The notes under the pieces: model-generated
The model's input: the letters and a program-made list of their open reading frames with translations, nothing else
Database searches by the model: none
What the model was told of the DNA's origin: nothing
Virus record (IMG/VR): IMGVR_UViG_3300027779_000018
Span: 17,952 to 81,951 of that record
Strand: one strand, 5' to 3'
Source: a virus
DNA length: 64,000 nt
Made by a program: the position numbers and the translations under genes
Part shown: in pieces, positions 8,366 through 18,528 of the stretch
Layout of the letters: each line of letters opens with the position of its first letter
Numbering within the stretch: the stretch's first letter is position 1

Positions 8366-8644
8366 ATGATAGATTTTTTATTAAGTATACTGACCTTTCC
8401 TTTTTGGTTAGTGTCTACCTTTTTCATTTACGCTTTTGGAATTGTGTTTTACTATGGCATCTATGTGTTGTGTCGTGTGTACATCTACGAGGCACATTGG
8501 GATACCATTAAAGACAAGGTCTTTACAAGAACAGAAATGAAAACCCATAGGGAGCCCTCTCGTGTCTACACCAAGGCAGAAGATTATAAGACACCAAAGG
8601 ACTACTCACCGAAACACGATGATATAGAGGATTATATAAATTAA
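8366..8644 (+). CDS. membrane protein
   Basis: Hydrophobic N-terminus. Confidence 0.65.
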   Translation: MIDFLLSILTFPFWLVSTFFIYAFGIVFYYGIYVLCRVYIYEAHWDTIKDKVFTRTEMKTHREPSRVYTKAEDYKTPKDYSPKHDDIEDYIN

Positions 8645-8645
8645 T

Positions 8646-8849
8646 ATGCAAGACGCAAATATTTTAATACACATAGGATACGTTGTCGCACTCGTGTGGT
8701 TTGTATTCCGTAACGGCCGTAAGAGTGGTCGTAAAGAACTTTGTGAGGAATTCATGGAGAAGGGACTCATTACAGAAGCTAAACTCATGAAACACTACCC
8801 ACCACCCCCTGAAATTAAAGACGATTTGAAAAACCCCCCGAAAGAATAG
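8646..8849 (+). CDS. small single-TM protein
   Basis: TM helix followed by basic residues. Confidence 0.65.
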   Translation: MQDANILIHIGYVVALVWFVFRNGRKSGRKELCEEFMEKGLITEAKLMKHYPPPPEIKDDLKNPPKE

Positions 8850-8858
8850 GACAGTATA

Positions 8859-10169
8859 ATGAATGAAACAAAGAAAGACAGTGAGAAAGTCATTTCGGAT
8901 GAGACTCAGCAGAACATAAGAATCCTAGGGATTAATATTTCACATGACGCGTCTATTGCAGTCATCGATAACGGTGTCGTAACCAGTGTCTACGAAGAGG
9001 AACGCTGTCGCAGGACGAAGTACTGGGCTCCCCATGGGGATAAGGAAACACTCTACCAGTGTATCGAGCAGAAGAACCTAGAAGAGATTGATGAGGTGGT
9101 CTTCACTTCATTTGATCGCAGGCAGTTTAATGTTGTGGTCTCACCCACGATCAGTCTCGACAGAATGAAGTCTCGTGAGTTTATTAGAAAATTAGAAACA
9201 CAACAATTGTCTCGAGCTCGGTTAGAAGAGTTGGTAGAAGAATACCCCGATGATTTCTCTATTGAGAAAATCTATGAGAACGATGAAGACCAAAGAATCA
9301 TGGATGACATCGCAACCAATCAGTTAGGATTATCTTCAGAGGAATACCTCTACAATGTAGATCACCATGTCCACCATGCCTATTGTGGATTCGTTCAGTC
9401 AGAGATGGAGAATGCATTGGTCATTGTCATGGACGGTGGTGGCTGTCAGAAATATTACGACACACATCCTGCTTACCAAGAAATTGAATCCATTTATTAT
9501 GCTACCAAAGGTGGGATGGAACCCTGTTGGAGTCGATTGTCGAACAGTCGTTTCATCGGGGACTTCGATGAGTTCTTCCCCAACGAATGTCACGCAGCTG
9601 GTCTCTGTTACTTAGATGAAGAGGAACATAGGGATGGGGTTGATCTTTGTTTTACTTCTCGTCCTAGCGCTGGTATGAACTTCAGTAACATGTCTCTAGC
9701 ACTAGGGACGGATGACCAAGGTCGAGCAGCTGGAAAAGTGATGGGTATGGCATCCTACGGAAAACCTTCTCAGAATATATTCAACAAGTATAATGTCAGT
9801 CAACAATTGGAACTCGATTCCTACGACCATACGGTGGAGATCATCAAACGTGCTATTGACTATGCACCTGATTGTAGGAACATTGTTCTCAGTGGTGGGT
9901 ACTCTTTAAACTGTACCAACAACTACAAGTACTTAGAGGCCTTCCCTGATTATCAAATCTTCGTTGACCCTATTCCCCATGATGGTGGAACGGCAGTCGG
10001 AGCTGCATTGCAGATGTGGGAAAATATTAATAGTAATAATGTTTCTAATAATGTACAAAGTACATTTAATGAAACAAATGAAGAGGATAACGACACTTTA
10101 CCCGACTGGCCAGAGATAAAAGATGATGAACCACAGATCACCCCTTTAGAGTGGAGTGCAGATAAATGA
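8859..10169 (+). CDS. NodU/CmcH carbamoyltransferase, N-terminal (Kae1-like) domain
   Basis: LGINISHDAS, EEERxxRxK, HHVHHA, DGGG, GKVMGMASYG, SGGYSLNC, HDGGTAVGAA. Confidence 0.9.
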   Translation: MNETKKDSEKVISDETQQNIRILGINISHDASIAVIDNGVVTSVYEEERCRRTKYWAPHGDKETLYQCIEQKNLEEIDEVVFTSFDRRQFNVVVSPTISLDRMKSREFIRKLETQQLSRARLEELVEEYPDDFSIEKIYENDEDQRIMDDIATNQLGLSSEEYLYNVDHHVHHAYCGFVQSEMENALVIVMDGGGCQKYYDTHPAYQEIESIYYATKGGMEPCWSRLSNSRFIGDFDEFFPNECHAAGLCYLDEEEHRDGVDLCFTSRPSAGMNFSNMSLALGTDDQGRAAGKVMGMASYGKPSQNIFNKYNVSQQLELDSYDHTVEIIKRAIDYAPDCRNIVLSGGYSLNCTNNYKYLEAFPDYQIFVDPIPHDGGTAVGAALQMWENINSNNVSNNVQSTFNETNEEDNDTLPDWPEIKDDEPQITPLEWSADK

Positions 10170-10786
10170 TTACAAGAATAGTAAGAGACTTAGATGACAT
10201 CGTTGATTTAATTATTGATGAGAAACAAATCGTTGCGATCTTTCAAGGTGAAGGTGAGTGGGGCCCTAGAGCGCTAGGTAACCGTTCTATTCTATTTGAC
10301 CCTAGACATAAGGAAGCTAAACAAATCGTCAACAGTGTGAAGAAGAGAGAGTCCTACAGACCTTTTGCAGGGAGTGTCATGGCAGAACATGCTCATGAGT
10401 ATTTTCACATGTTGCAATTAAAAGAATCCCCATGGATGTCCTTTGCGATTCAAGCAAAAGATATTGCCTACGAAAAAGTACCGACACTGGTACACGCAGA
10501 TGGGACTTGCAGAATTCAAACGGTCACAAGAGAACAGAATAAAAACTATTACGAATTAATTGAAGCCTTCTATGAGAAGACTGGTGTCCCGATGATTTTT
10601 AATACTTCGTTTAACTTGGGTGGTGAAGCACTGGTTGAAACAATTCAAGATGCTATTGACACTTGCAACCGTTCTGAAATTAATTACCTCTATATTCCTG
10701 AAGACCAAGACTTTGATATCCCCTTTGAACAATTGAAATATAAATCATTGGAAGAGATAAACAAAAATAAAGGGGACATGGAATAG
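10166..10786 (+). CDS. NodU/CmcH carbamoyltransferase, C-terminal (YrdC-like) domain
   Basis: EWGPRALGNRSIL, KKRESYRPFA, HADGTCRIQTV, NTSFN. Confidence 0.95.
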   Translation: MITRIVRDLDDIVDLIIDEKQIVAIFQGEGEWGPRALGNRSILFDPRHKEAKQIVNSVKKRESYRPFAGSVMAEHAHEYFHMLQLKESPWMSFAIQAKDIAYEKVPTLVHADGTCRIQTVTREQNKNYYELIEAFYEKTGVPMIFNTSFNLGGEALVETIQDAIDTCNRSEINYLYIPEDQDFDIPFEQLKYKSLEEINKNKGDME

Positions 10787-10826
10787 ATGATTTCAATTCG
10801 TTTGGTTTTAAATACTAAATAGTAAG

Positions 10827-11162
10827 ATGATAGAAGTTACAGACATTGCAATTGCAAAACTCATAGAGAAGAAAGTAGACTCAGTTAGAATGGGTGTTAC
10901 TGGTGGTGGGTGTAGTGGTTACGAATACGTTTTTGTCGAAGACGAATTTAAAGACGGAGACGAAGTAATTGATTACGGTAAGTTTAAATTTCTGATAGAT
11001 AGAATGAGTCAACCCTTTTTAAGAGGGGTGACATTAGATTATATTAAAGAAGGATTGAATGAAACATTTACGTTTCAGAATCCAAATGAAGAAGCCAGTT
11101 GTGGCTGTGGAGTGAGTATTACATTTAATGAAGACATCGTCAGCGAAAGCCAAAGGGCGTAA
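10827..11162 (+). CDS. iscA: HesB/IscA-family Fe-S cluster carrier
   Basis: GGGCSGYEY and NPNE..SCGCGVS motifs. Confidence 0.9.
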   Translation: MIEVTDIAIAKLIEKKVDSVRMGVTGGGCSGYEYVFVEDEFKDGDEVIDYGKFKFLIDRMSQPFLRGVTLDYIKEGLNETFTFQNPNEEASCGCGVSITFNEDIVSESQRA

Positions 11163-11478
11163 ACTACAACAGTGGTTTGCCCAAGTAATGGTTAATACAC
11201 TTAACCTACATGAGGAAGATTTAGAATCTAGACCGATGGGGTCACAGGGTGAGGATATTATTATGGGTCGAGAGTCAAGGGAACAGTTTCCGTACTCAAT
11301 CGAATGTAAAAACCAAGAAGCTGTTAACGTATGGAAAGCTTACGAACAAGCTGAAACAAATTGTAAGGGGTACGAACCCCTAGTAGTGATTAAACGAAAC
11401 CGAAGTAAACCACTAGTGTTAGTGGATGCTGAACACTTCGTTGCACTACACAAAAGAGAAACGAATGAAATCATTTAA
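11128..11478 (+). CDS. PD-(D/E)xK endonuclease (Holliday junction resolvase-like)
   Basis: KAKGRKLQQW...GEDI...IECKN...PLVVIKRNR. Confidence 0.75.
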   Translation: MKTSSAKAKGRKLQQWFAQVMVNTLNLHEEDLESRPMGSQGEDIIMGRESREQFPYSIECKNQEAVNVWKAYEQAETNCKGYEPLVVIKRNRSKPLVLVDAEHFVALHKRETNEII

Positions 11479-12508
11479 CGAGTCAAGAATAGTCCAAGAG
11501 GCACCTGAGAAGAACTACAAGTTAGTTCTCATTTCTCATGATGATCCTAATGACACTAATGATACTGGTGTCCTGATTAGAGACACCGCTAAGAAGATGG
11601 GCATTGAAGTACACCTATGTGAATTCATGGGAGCTTACCTTACTAGGAAGGGGAAGAAGACATTCCTCAATTCATTTAAAGTCAACAAGGAAGGTGATAT
11701 AGAAACATTAGGTGGTGATAAAGGTATCACCGATGGTAAAGATCACATGCAAGAACCTATCGAACTGGATGACAACACTCTCATCATGGTCAGAGGTATC
11801 GGAACAAGTGGTATCAGTGGTAACGCATCGTGGAAGAACTTAGCATTTCAACTTGAACAAGAAGGACATTCAGTCGTTAACTCTACCCAGTGTCATTGGT
11901 ATTGTGCAGACAAAGACCTCAATCAATATATGTTTGAGAAAGAACACTTCACCACCCCCATTACTACAAGGATGACTCATTCAGAAGATGGTGTTGAAGC
12001 CATGAAACGAATTGGTGATGAGTTCCCTGTAATATTAAAAACAGGAACAGGAAGTCGTGGTATAGGTGTAGTGTACATTGAGTCTCATAAAACCCTTAGA
12101 GCAATCGCACAATTATTATATCGTGAGTCAGAGTGGACAGATATTCTTTTACAAGAGTTTGTAAAATGTAAATACGATGTTCGTGCAATTGTTTGTTGTG
12201 GTGAAGTGATCGGTGCAATGAAACGTCCAATCGTGGATGGAGATTTCAGAAGTAATGTTTCACAAGGTTCAAAAGCAGAAGCAATGGAGTTGACCGAAAA
12301 AGAAATTGCAGAATGTATCAGAGCTGCAGATTGTGTCGAAGCAAAAATATCAGGAGTGGATTTTATTCCTGCGACAGACAGAGAGAAAGGTGAACCAATA
12401 TTCATTGAAGTAAATTCAACGCCAGGCTTAAAAGGAATTGCAGAAGTCATTCCAAACATAGTGAAGGATGTCCTGAAGTGTTTTTATAATAGAGAGTTTT
12501 GGAAATAG
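11465..12508 (+). CDS. rimK: RimK-family ATP-grasp ligase
   Basis: PVILKTGTGSRGIGV, LLQEFV, DVRA, DFRSNVSQG, GVDF, IEVNSTPG. Confidence 0.88.
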   Translation: MKSFNESRIVQEAPEKNYKLVLISHDDPNDTNDTGVLIRDTAKKMGIEVHLCEFMGAYLTRKGKKTFLNSFKVNKEGDIETLGGDKGITDGKDHMQEPIELDDNTLIMVRGIGTSGISGNASWKNLAFQLEQEGHSVVNSTQCHWYCADKDLNQYMFEKEHFTTPITTRMTHSEDGVEAMKRIGDEFPVILKTGTGSRGIGVVYIESHKTLRAIAQLLYRESEWTDILLQEFVKCKYDVRAIVCCGEVIGAMKRPIVDGDFRSNVSQGSKAEAMELTEKEIAECIRAADCVEAKISGVDFIPATDREKGEPIFIEVNSTPGLKGIAEVIPNIVKDVLKCFYNREFWK

Positions 12509-12510
12509 AC

Positions 12511-12540
12511 TTGACAATGGGTTGAACATTTTGATATACT
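12511..12540 (+). promoter_or_regulatory. early promoter
   Basis: TTGACA(ATG)-18-TATACT. Confidence 0.8.
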
Positions 12541-12572
12541 AGATACAATAAAACTTCAACTAGAAAATATAT

Positions 12573-13274
12573 ATGATGACAAACACAATATCAATACAAG
12601 ACCGATGTGCAAATAAAGCCTTAGATGCTTTCGGTGAAATAGAATACCAAATAGACGAATACCTTGCACGACCCTTTGGAAGTGACTGGGAGTGCATTAG
12701 GTATTTAAATAAACTTGCATATTCCCCCATGGTAATAAAATACATGAGGGGTCAATTATCTGACATGGTCACCGAAGTAAAAAATAAAGAAGGGTGTGAA
12801 CAGTTAGAGGAAGCCTACAGCTTCCTAAACAAATCAGAAAAGAAAAAATTCCTAACATTCCTAGATTCAATCGAAAGTGATATTGCACGATACCTTGTAA
12901 CTAATAAAACAAGACGTAAAGCAAAAATTAAAACCCCTGCACAGATGGTTGCTAAACTCCCTTACCTTAAACAAGACCACGAGCTGGTGTCGATTAATCC
13001 TGAAGAGATTATTCGTGCAAGGATGTTATACACTTATAATATTAAGACAAGGAGACTAGCATCTTACACTGGACATTTATCTGTCAAAGCAACCAGTATT
13101 ATAGGATTTGATAAGAGTGAAGAAAAGACCTTGACAGATCGTAGGCTTCTTGATAGAATGGTACAAGGTGGTAATATAATTGCATCGGGTTTCATGGACG
13201 AATTAAAAACCAAGTCATATGAACCCAGTAAGATAATTACCAAAAATACAATATTATTAAAAGTGATTAAATAA
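12573..13274 (+). CDS. conserved T4-like hypothetical protein upstream of RNase H
   Basis: 233-aa ORF with LVSINPEEII motif; TAATG coupling to rnh. Confidence 0.7.
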   Translation: MMTNTISIQDRCANKALDAFGEIEYQIDEYLARPFGSDWECIRYLNKLAYSPMVIKYMRGQLSDMVTEVKNKEGCEQLEEAYSFLNKSEKKKFLTFLDSIESDIARYLVTNKTRRKAKIKTPAQMVAKLPYLKQDHELVSINPEEIIRARMLYTYNIKTRRLASYTGHLSVKATSIIGFDKSEEKTLTDRRLLDRMVQGGNIIASGFMDELKTKSYEPSKIITKNTILLKVIK

Positions 13275-14110
13275 TGATTCTAATAGATTTTACCCAAACC
13301 ATAATAGCAGGTTTGATGGCACAGCTCAAGATGAACAATGGTGAGGTGTCAGAAGATATGTTACGACATATGATATTGAACTCTGTTCGTGTTTATCAGA
13401 AACGATACTCTAATGAATATGGTGAGATCACTTTATGTACGGATGCACCCAATACATGGAGAAAAGAATTCATGCCATTGTATAAAGCAAACCGTAAGAA
13501 GACTAGAGATAAATCAGACCTAGACTGGGGTATGTTATTCGAAACACTTAATAAAGTTAAACAGGAAATCAAAGAGAACTTCCCATACCGATATATGTAT
13601 GTTGAACGTGCAGAGGCAGATGACATCATCGCCATCCTAGTTAAACATGCAAAAGAACCAGTGATGATAGTCAGTGGAGATAAAGACTTCCAACAGTTAC
13701 ACAAGTATGACTATGTGAAACAATGGAGTCCCAACCTAAATAAACTAATAGATTGTCCCAACCCTGAATTGTTTCTTAGGGAACATATTCTAACTGGGGA
13801 CAAATCAGATGGCATTCCAAATATATTATCTAATGATGATTGTTTTGCAGAAGGTATCAGACAGACACCTTTAAGAAAAGGTATAAAAGATAGTTACCTC
13901 AGAATGACCATTGAAAAAGACGATAAATACTATCGGAACTATTTAAGAAACCAAACTCTTATTGACCTAGAGTTCATTCCTCAAGATTTAGAGGATTGTA
14001 TCTTAGACGAGTTTTCAAAGACTGCACCTGTAAGAGGGAAAGTATTTGATTACCTAAGAACACATAGGTTGAATGAGTTATTAAATCATGTAGAGGACTT
14101 TACGTTATGA
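13274..14110 (+). CDS. rnh: T4-type RNase H (5'-3' exonuclease)
   Basis: ILIDF, WRK..YKANRKK, EADDII, SGDKDF.QL, GDKSDGIPN. Confidence 0.93.
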   Translation: MILIDFTQTIIAGLMAQLKMNNGEVSEDMLRHMILNSVRVYQKRYSNEYGEITLCTDAPNTWRKEFMPLYKANRKKTRDKSDLDWGMLFETLNKVKQEIKENFPYRYMYVERAEADDIIAILVKHAKEPVMIVSGDKDFQQLHKYDYVKQWSPNLNKLIDCPNPELFLREHILTGDKSDGIPNILSNDDCFAEGIRQTPLRKGIKDSYLRMTIEKDDKYYRNYLRNQTLIDLEFIPQDLEDCILDEFSKTAPVRGKVFDYLRTHRLNELLNHVEDFTL

Positions 14111-14619
14111 CAGAAAAGAAAGGAAGAGGGCGTCCCAAGGGAGCTCCAAATAAACCGTTAATGGAAATTGATACAAAAAGAAATACACTTCTAAACAATG
14201 CAGATGTTGTTGAAATTTTGAGTCAAGCAAACCTAGTTGCACCTGAGAACGAAACCCATGCAGTCAATGGACTTATGGTATTCGGTAAAAAGAATGGTGC
14301 AATCAAACCAATCCTACAGTGGGTCTTCTCTTCGAAGATCAACTCAACCTTGCCTGAAGGCAAGACTCCGTACAAAAGTAATGATGCACCAGCAACAGAC
14401 TTAGCTGAAACCAGTCTAAGGTTTGAACACAGGTTATTCAAGTATTTTGTAACAGAGCAGATTCCTATGACAAAGCGTGAAGCTATGTGGATAGGTATGT
14501 TGGAAGGAATACCTACTAGGGAAGCAGAATTGATGGACTTAGTAAAAGACGGTAAGTGGCCGTTTAAAAATATCACTGGTGAGATCGCGAAGAAAGCTTT
14601 CTCTGACATTAACATTTAA
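14107..14619 (+). CDS. hypothetical protein with an N-terminal AT-hook-like motif
   Basis: KKGRGRPKG; LPEGKTPY...KRE...LEGI..EAEL. Confidence 0.7.
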   Translation: MTEKKGRGRPKGAPNKPLMEIDTKRNTLLNNADVVEILSQANLVAPENETHAVNGLMVFGKKNGAIKPILQWVFSSKINSTLPEGKTPYKSNDAPATDLAETSLRFEHRLFKYFVTEQIPMTKREAMWIGMLEGIPTREAELMDLVKDGKWPFKNITGEIAKKAFSDINI

Positions 14620-14729
14620 TAAATATAAGAGTAGTTCGAGACTATAGATATAATTAGGACTGGATTGAACGAGTCAATAAAAACTTTTTTAGTCGTATAC
14701 TGCTCCATGGGAATTGAGGAAATTTAATA

Positions 14730-16223
14730 ATGAATGACATGGATAAAAATCAAACAATGTTCGCTCAAGAGCAGGTTGTTTCTGAACCTACAGAAATAGA
14801 AAAAATACAAAACAGAGTAGCTAACTTTGCTGTCAGGGTAAAACCTAATACGGCCGAAGCAATTAGTGCTACTCTACAAATGTGTTTATCTAAAGGTATG
14901 TTTGGAATAGACGATCTAGATGCAGTGGTTACAATTCGTGAAGAGATCACAAAGGGGTTAATTGAGTACCGTAGTACAGTTGAAAATGCACAGAAACAAT
15001 TAGACAGTGCAGTAGAAGAACAACAAAAAGTATTACAGGCAGAAGCAGAAGCTAGAGTTGAAGCAGATAGACAAAGGTTAATTGACGAAAGACTTCTAAG
15101 AAAAAGAACTGAAGATCGTGTAGCACAAATGGAAGCAGCCCTTGCGAAAGCAGGATTGCACATAGACTTAAATGGTGACGGCATTGTTGGATTACAACAA
15201 GGACAACCTGAAGATACTCTAACTGCAAACGAACAATCACAAGTTGCTGAAATGTTAGCACAGTCTAAAGAAGCTGTTCATGCACCAGTTGATTCTTCTC
15301 CATATAAACACACTATGCCTGTACCACCAGTTGCACCAGTAGAACCAACCAAACCTCATCAAACTAGTAATGCATTTAAATTAGCACGGATGTTAAATCC
15401 TGTTAGTGAAGTTCCTGAACCTAGTGAATCAGAGATTATGCAATCGGAGCTAGAACCGATCTACCACCCAACCGAACATGACGAGTCTGATGATCTAGAA
15501 GATGCCAAACAAATTGAAGCAGAACTAGATGCAGTCCTTTCAGGAGAAAGAGTAATATCTGAAGACCCTGAATTTGTGGAACGAATAGAAAAGGCAACCA
15601 AGTCCTTTAAAGATTTTGTTCCCTCTGATGTAGTAGCAGGTGGTGTAGATACTGAATCCTTTATGGAAGAAGTTGCAAGTGTTGATCCTGATGTTGATCC
15701 CGATTCAGACTTCGAAGACTCTGCAGAATTTTATAATGGTGAAGAAGAAACTACCAAGACACCTATTGCAGCTGGAGTCTATGTTGAACATACAGAAACC
15801 CCTGATGAAGAACCTACCTTAGACATTGGGTATTCATCAAGTAACCCAATGGTCACAGCTGGTAATGCACCCAACATAACAGGTGTTGAAATTGGTGAGA
15901 ATGATGTAGTCATTCGATCAGATGCAATTAAAATTATGGATGAAATTCCTACCCCTTCAGTTCAAGAAGAGGATGAGTTTGAAGAAGTTGTAATTCCTAA
16001 TCGTGCAGAACTAAATGCAATGACTAAGAAACAACTTTCCAATTCAGCTGAGAAGTTGAGTTTCACTATAGACAAAAAATTAACTAAAGCGAAAATGGTT
16101 GACTCTTTTGAAGAACAATCCAATGTGTTGATTGAAGAATTAACAGCTGGTGAAGAATTCGTGAGTGCAACTGAGGAAGATGTCGATGGTGATGAGGATA
16201 GGAGAGACGGCGGATACTTTTAA
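14730..16223 (+). CDS. acidic protein: coiled coil, disordered tract and HeH/Rho-N-like C-terminal motif
   Basis: Amino-acid composition; DLNGDGIVG loop; LNAMTKKQL...TKAKMVD. Confidence 0.75.
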   Translation: MNDMDKNQTMFAQEQVVSEPTEIEKIQNRVANFAVRVKPNTAEAISATLQMCLSKGMFGIDDLDAVVTIREEITKGLIEYRSTVENAQKQLDSAVEEQQKVLQAEAEARVEADRQRLIDERLLRKRTEDRVAQMEAALAKAGLHIDLNGDGIVGLQQGQPEDTLTANEQSQVAEMLAQSKEAVHAPVDSSPYKHTMPVPPVAPVEPTKPHQTSNAFKLARMLNPVSEVPEPSESEIMQSELEPIYHPTEHDESDDLEDAKQIEAELDAVLSGERVISEDPEFVERIEKATKSFKDFVPSDVVAGGVDTESFMEEVASVDPDVDPDSDFEDSAEFYNGEEETTKTPIAAGVYVEHTETPDEEPTLDIGYSSSNPMVTAGNAPNITGVEIGENDVVIRSDAIKIMDEIPTPSVQEEDEFEEVVIPNRAELNAMTKKQLSNSAEKLSFTIDKKLTKAKMVDSFEEQSNVLIEELTAGEEFVSATEEDVDGDEDRRDGGYF

Positions 16224-16644
16224 TTCTGTTGTTCGTGGTTTACATTTAAATGAAGTAAGTCCTCTCCATGAGGATAAACTTCGTGGTATCGAAGAGGATG
16301 TATTGAGATTCGATTTACCACACGATCATTCTATAAGGTTAGGAACTCTTCACAATGGAGAGTATATATTTGTTGTGCAAGAAGGAAGTCACATTCTTTT
16401 CTCAGCACACCAGTTAAATAAAAACCCCCTTAGATCAGGAGTTCTAAAAACCTTCTTACACAAAGAAAGGGGATTCCCTCGATCTGTAGAATTAGATGTC
16501 AATGAAGACGCACAGTTTGTTTGTATTCCTAAAGACCTAGCAGAAGGATTTGTTGTGGACAATAAAATTAATTATGAACTTATTAAAGAAACACCTGAAG
16601 TGGAACGACACATAAGATGCACAAGGATTACTAGTGTCGAATAA
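16165..16644 (+). CDS. hypothetical protein
   Basis: Fills the gap between flanking genes; start uncertain. Confidence 0.6.
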   Translation: MQLRKMSMVMRIGETADTFNSVVRGLHLNEVSPLHEDKLRGIEEDVLRFDLPHDHSIRLGTLHNGEYIFVVQEGSHILFSAHQLNKNPLRSGVLKTFLHKERGFPRSVELDVNEDAQFVCIPKDLAEGFVVDNKINYELIKETPEVERHIRCTRITSVE

Positions 16645-17563
16645 CATCCCAACAACTGCAGTTGACCAACATGACTTTCTTGCTCACAGAAGAGAACAGG
16701 AAAAGAAACATTGGGCGAAAAAAACTGGAGAGTTAAATGAATTGGATTCAATCCTTACTGTTGAAGTTAACACTACTGAGTTGTGCAATCGTACCTGCGT
16801 ATTTTGTCCAAGACACGACCCTAAAGTTTTCCCCAACAGGAATCTTCATCTTACGGTTAAAGGTGCTTGCACCATTGCGACAGAGTTAGGACGAAATAAC
16901 TTTAGTGGTAAAATATCCTTTAGTGGATTCGGAGAGAATTTACTTAACCCAAACTTCCAAACAATCGTGAGAGAGTTCAGAACACATTTACCAAATGCAA
17001 CACTAGAGTGTAACACTAACGGTGACAAACTTACTGTTGAATATGCAAGAGAATTAATTAACAACGGACTAGACTTGTTGTACATTAATCTATACGATGG
17101 GATTGAACAGATGACTCCCTTCGAAGATATGATGAACCTCGCAGGACTCAATGAGACACAATATAAATTTAGAATGCACTGGGGAGACTTTGATACCCAT
17201 GGATTGATTCTAAACAACAGGAGTGGAACGGTTGACTGGGTTGGAATAGAAGAATCTAGTATAACCAGTCTAAAAGGAAAGCCCTGTCACTACCCTTTCT
17301 ACAAAATGTTTGTGGACTGGAATGGAGATGTACTTTTCTGTTCTAACGATTGGGGAAGAGAACATGTTGTGGGTAACTTATTACAATCTACCCTACATGA
17401 AGTGTGGTTCAGTAAACCCATGAACAAGATCAGAAAGAGATTGATGAGGGGAGATAGATCACACTCACCCTGTAACAAGTGTAGTGTAGATGGTTCACTA
17501 TTCGGCAAACAATCTTTTGAGATCGTCAAGGAGTATTATGAAAGTTCTAATAACAGGAAGTAG
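16634..17563 (+). CDS. radical SAM protein with SPASM/twitch domain
   Basis: CNRTCVFC (CX3CX2C), TNG, C..PF...GDVLFC..D, CNKC. Confidence 0.9.
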   Translation: MSNNIPTTAVDQHDFLAHRREQEKKHWAKKTGELNELDSILTVEVNTTELCNRTCVFCPRHDPKVFPNRNLHLTVKGACTIATELGRNNFSGKISFSGFGENLLNPNFQTIVREFRTHLPNATLECNTNGDKLTVEYARELINNGLDLLYINLYDGIEQMTPFEDMMNLAGLNETQYKFRMHWGDFDTHGLILNNRSGTVDWVGIEESSITSLKGKPCHYPFYKMFVDWNGDVLFCSNDWGREHVVGNLLQSTLHEVWFSKPMNKIRKRLMRGDRSHSPCNKCSVDGSLFGKQSFEIVKEYYESSNNRK

Positions 17564-18110
17564 TGGACTAGCAAAAGTTATCGGGGATATGATAGCCGCA
17601 ACTCCCTATGTTGGTTCTATACACATAATCAACCATGCTCGTATCGAAGATTTATTAATGTGGACTCCACCTGAGTGGAACGAGTATGATGCATTTATTA
17701 ATTGTGCTCATTTAGACTTTCAGCAATGCAATCTACTAATGTTGGCCTACGAAGCATACAAAGAAGATGATAGTAAAACAATAATCAACATCTCATCTCG
17801 TGCAAGTCAGCCTAACATATCTAAGGGATACCTCTATGCGGCTCAGAAAGCCGCTCTACTGCATTTAAATAACAACCTAGTGTACAACTCAGACAAGAGA
17901 TGTCGTATCACTACGATGAACCTAGGACTCTTAAATCACACTGACCTTCCTAGTATCTCACACAATGAGGTTGCAAGTTGGATATACAGTCACCTCACTA
18001 CATCTAAACATGTAGACATACCTGAGATCACCCTTCAGAATAGGGCAAACTACATGACCATTCAACGTGATAAAGAAACACTTAGAGAACTAGAGAGATA
18101 TACTAAATAA
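17538..18110 (+). CDS. short-chain dehydrogenase/reductase-like protein
   Basis: VLITGSSGL, FINCA, IINISS, YAAQK (YxxxK). Confidence 0.75.
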   Translation: MKVLITGSSGLAKVIGDMIAATPYVGSIHIINHARIEDLLMWTPPEWNEYDAFINCAHLDFQQCNLLMLAYEAYKEDDSKTIINISSRASQPNISKGYLYAAQKAALLHLNNNLVYNSDKRCRITTMNLGLLNHTDLPSISHNEVASWIYSHLTTSKHVDIPEITLQNRANYMTIQRDKETLRELERYTK

Positions 18111-18114
18111 TATT

Positions 18115-18363
18115 ATGACTACAGAATATAACGACTTTGGTTTTACCGCTATGGATGCAGATGAACTTGCGTCCATTGATTCTAAGATTATCGAGAAGAC
18201 TACTACTGCAACGGAAGTAATCAACAAACTCGATGATTTCGTAAGACCCCTACTTGAGAATCTTGCAAAGGATTCAGACAAGGACTATATCTATTGGCCC
18301 AATCGAGTAGAGATCATAAACAAGAAATTAAAAGAATTAGACGAAATTCAAAAAACCCTCTAG
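18115..18363 (+). CDS. hypothetical protein
   Basis: DFGFTAMDADEL...YIYWPNR; late-type box upstream. Confidence 0.7.
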   Translation: MTTEYNDFGFTAMDADELASIDSKIIEKTTTATEVINKLDDFVRPLLENLAKDSDKDYIYWPNRVEIINKKLKELDEIQKTL

Positions 18364-18528
18364 ACAGAGAGTTGGGTTTATGTTATACTAAATACATATG
18401 ATGATTAAAGGGGATTAGCTCCTTTAGCTTCAAAGCAGACAAACCTATTTCGAAAGATACCATGGTGAGTCGATACAAAGAACGACTTAATTGTCAATGT
18501 TCCGAGTATTTAAAAAGAGGAAAAACCC

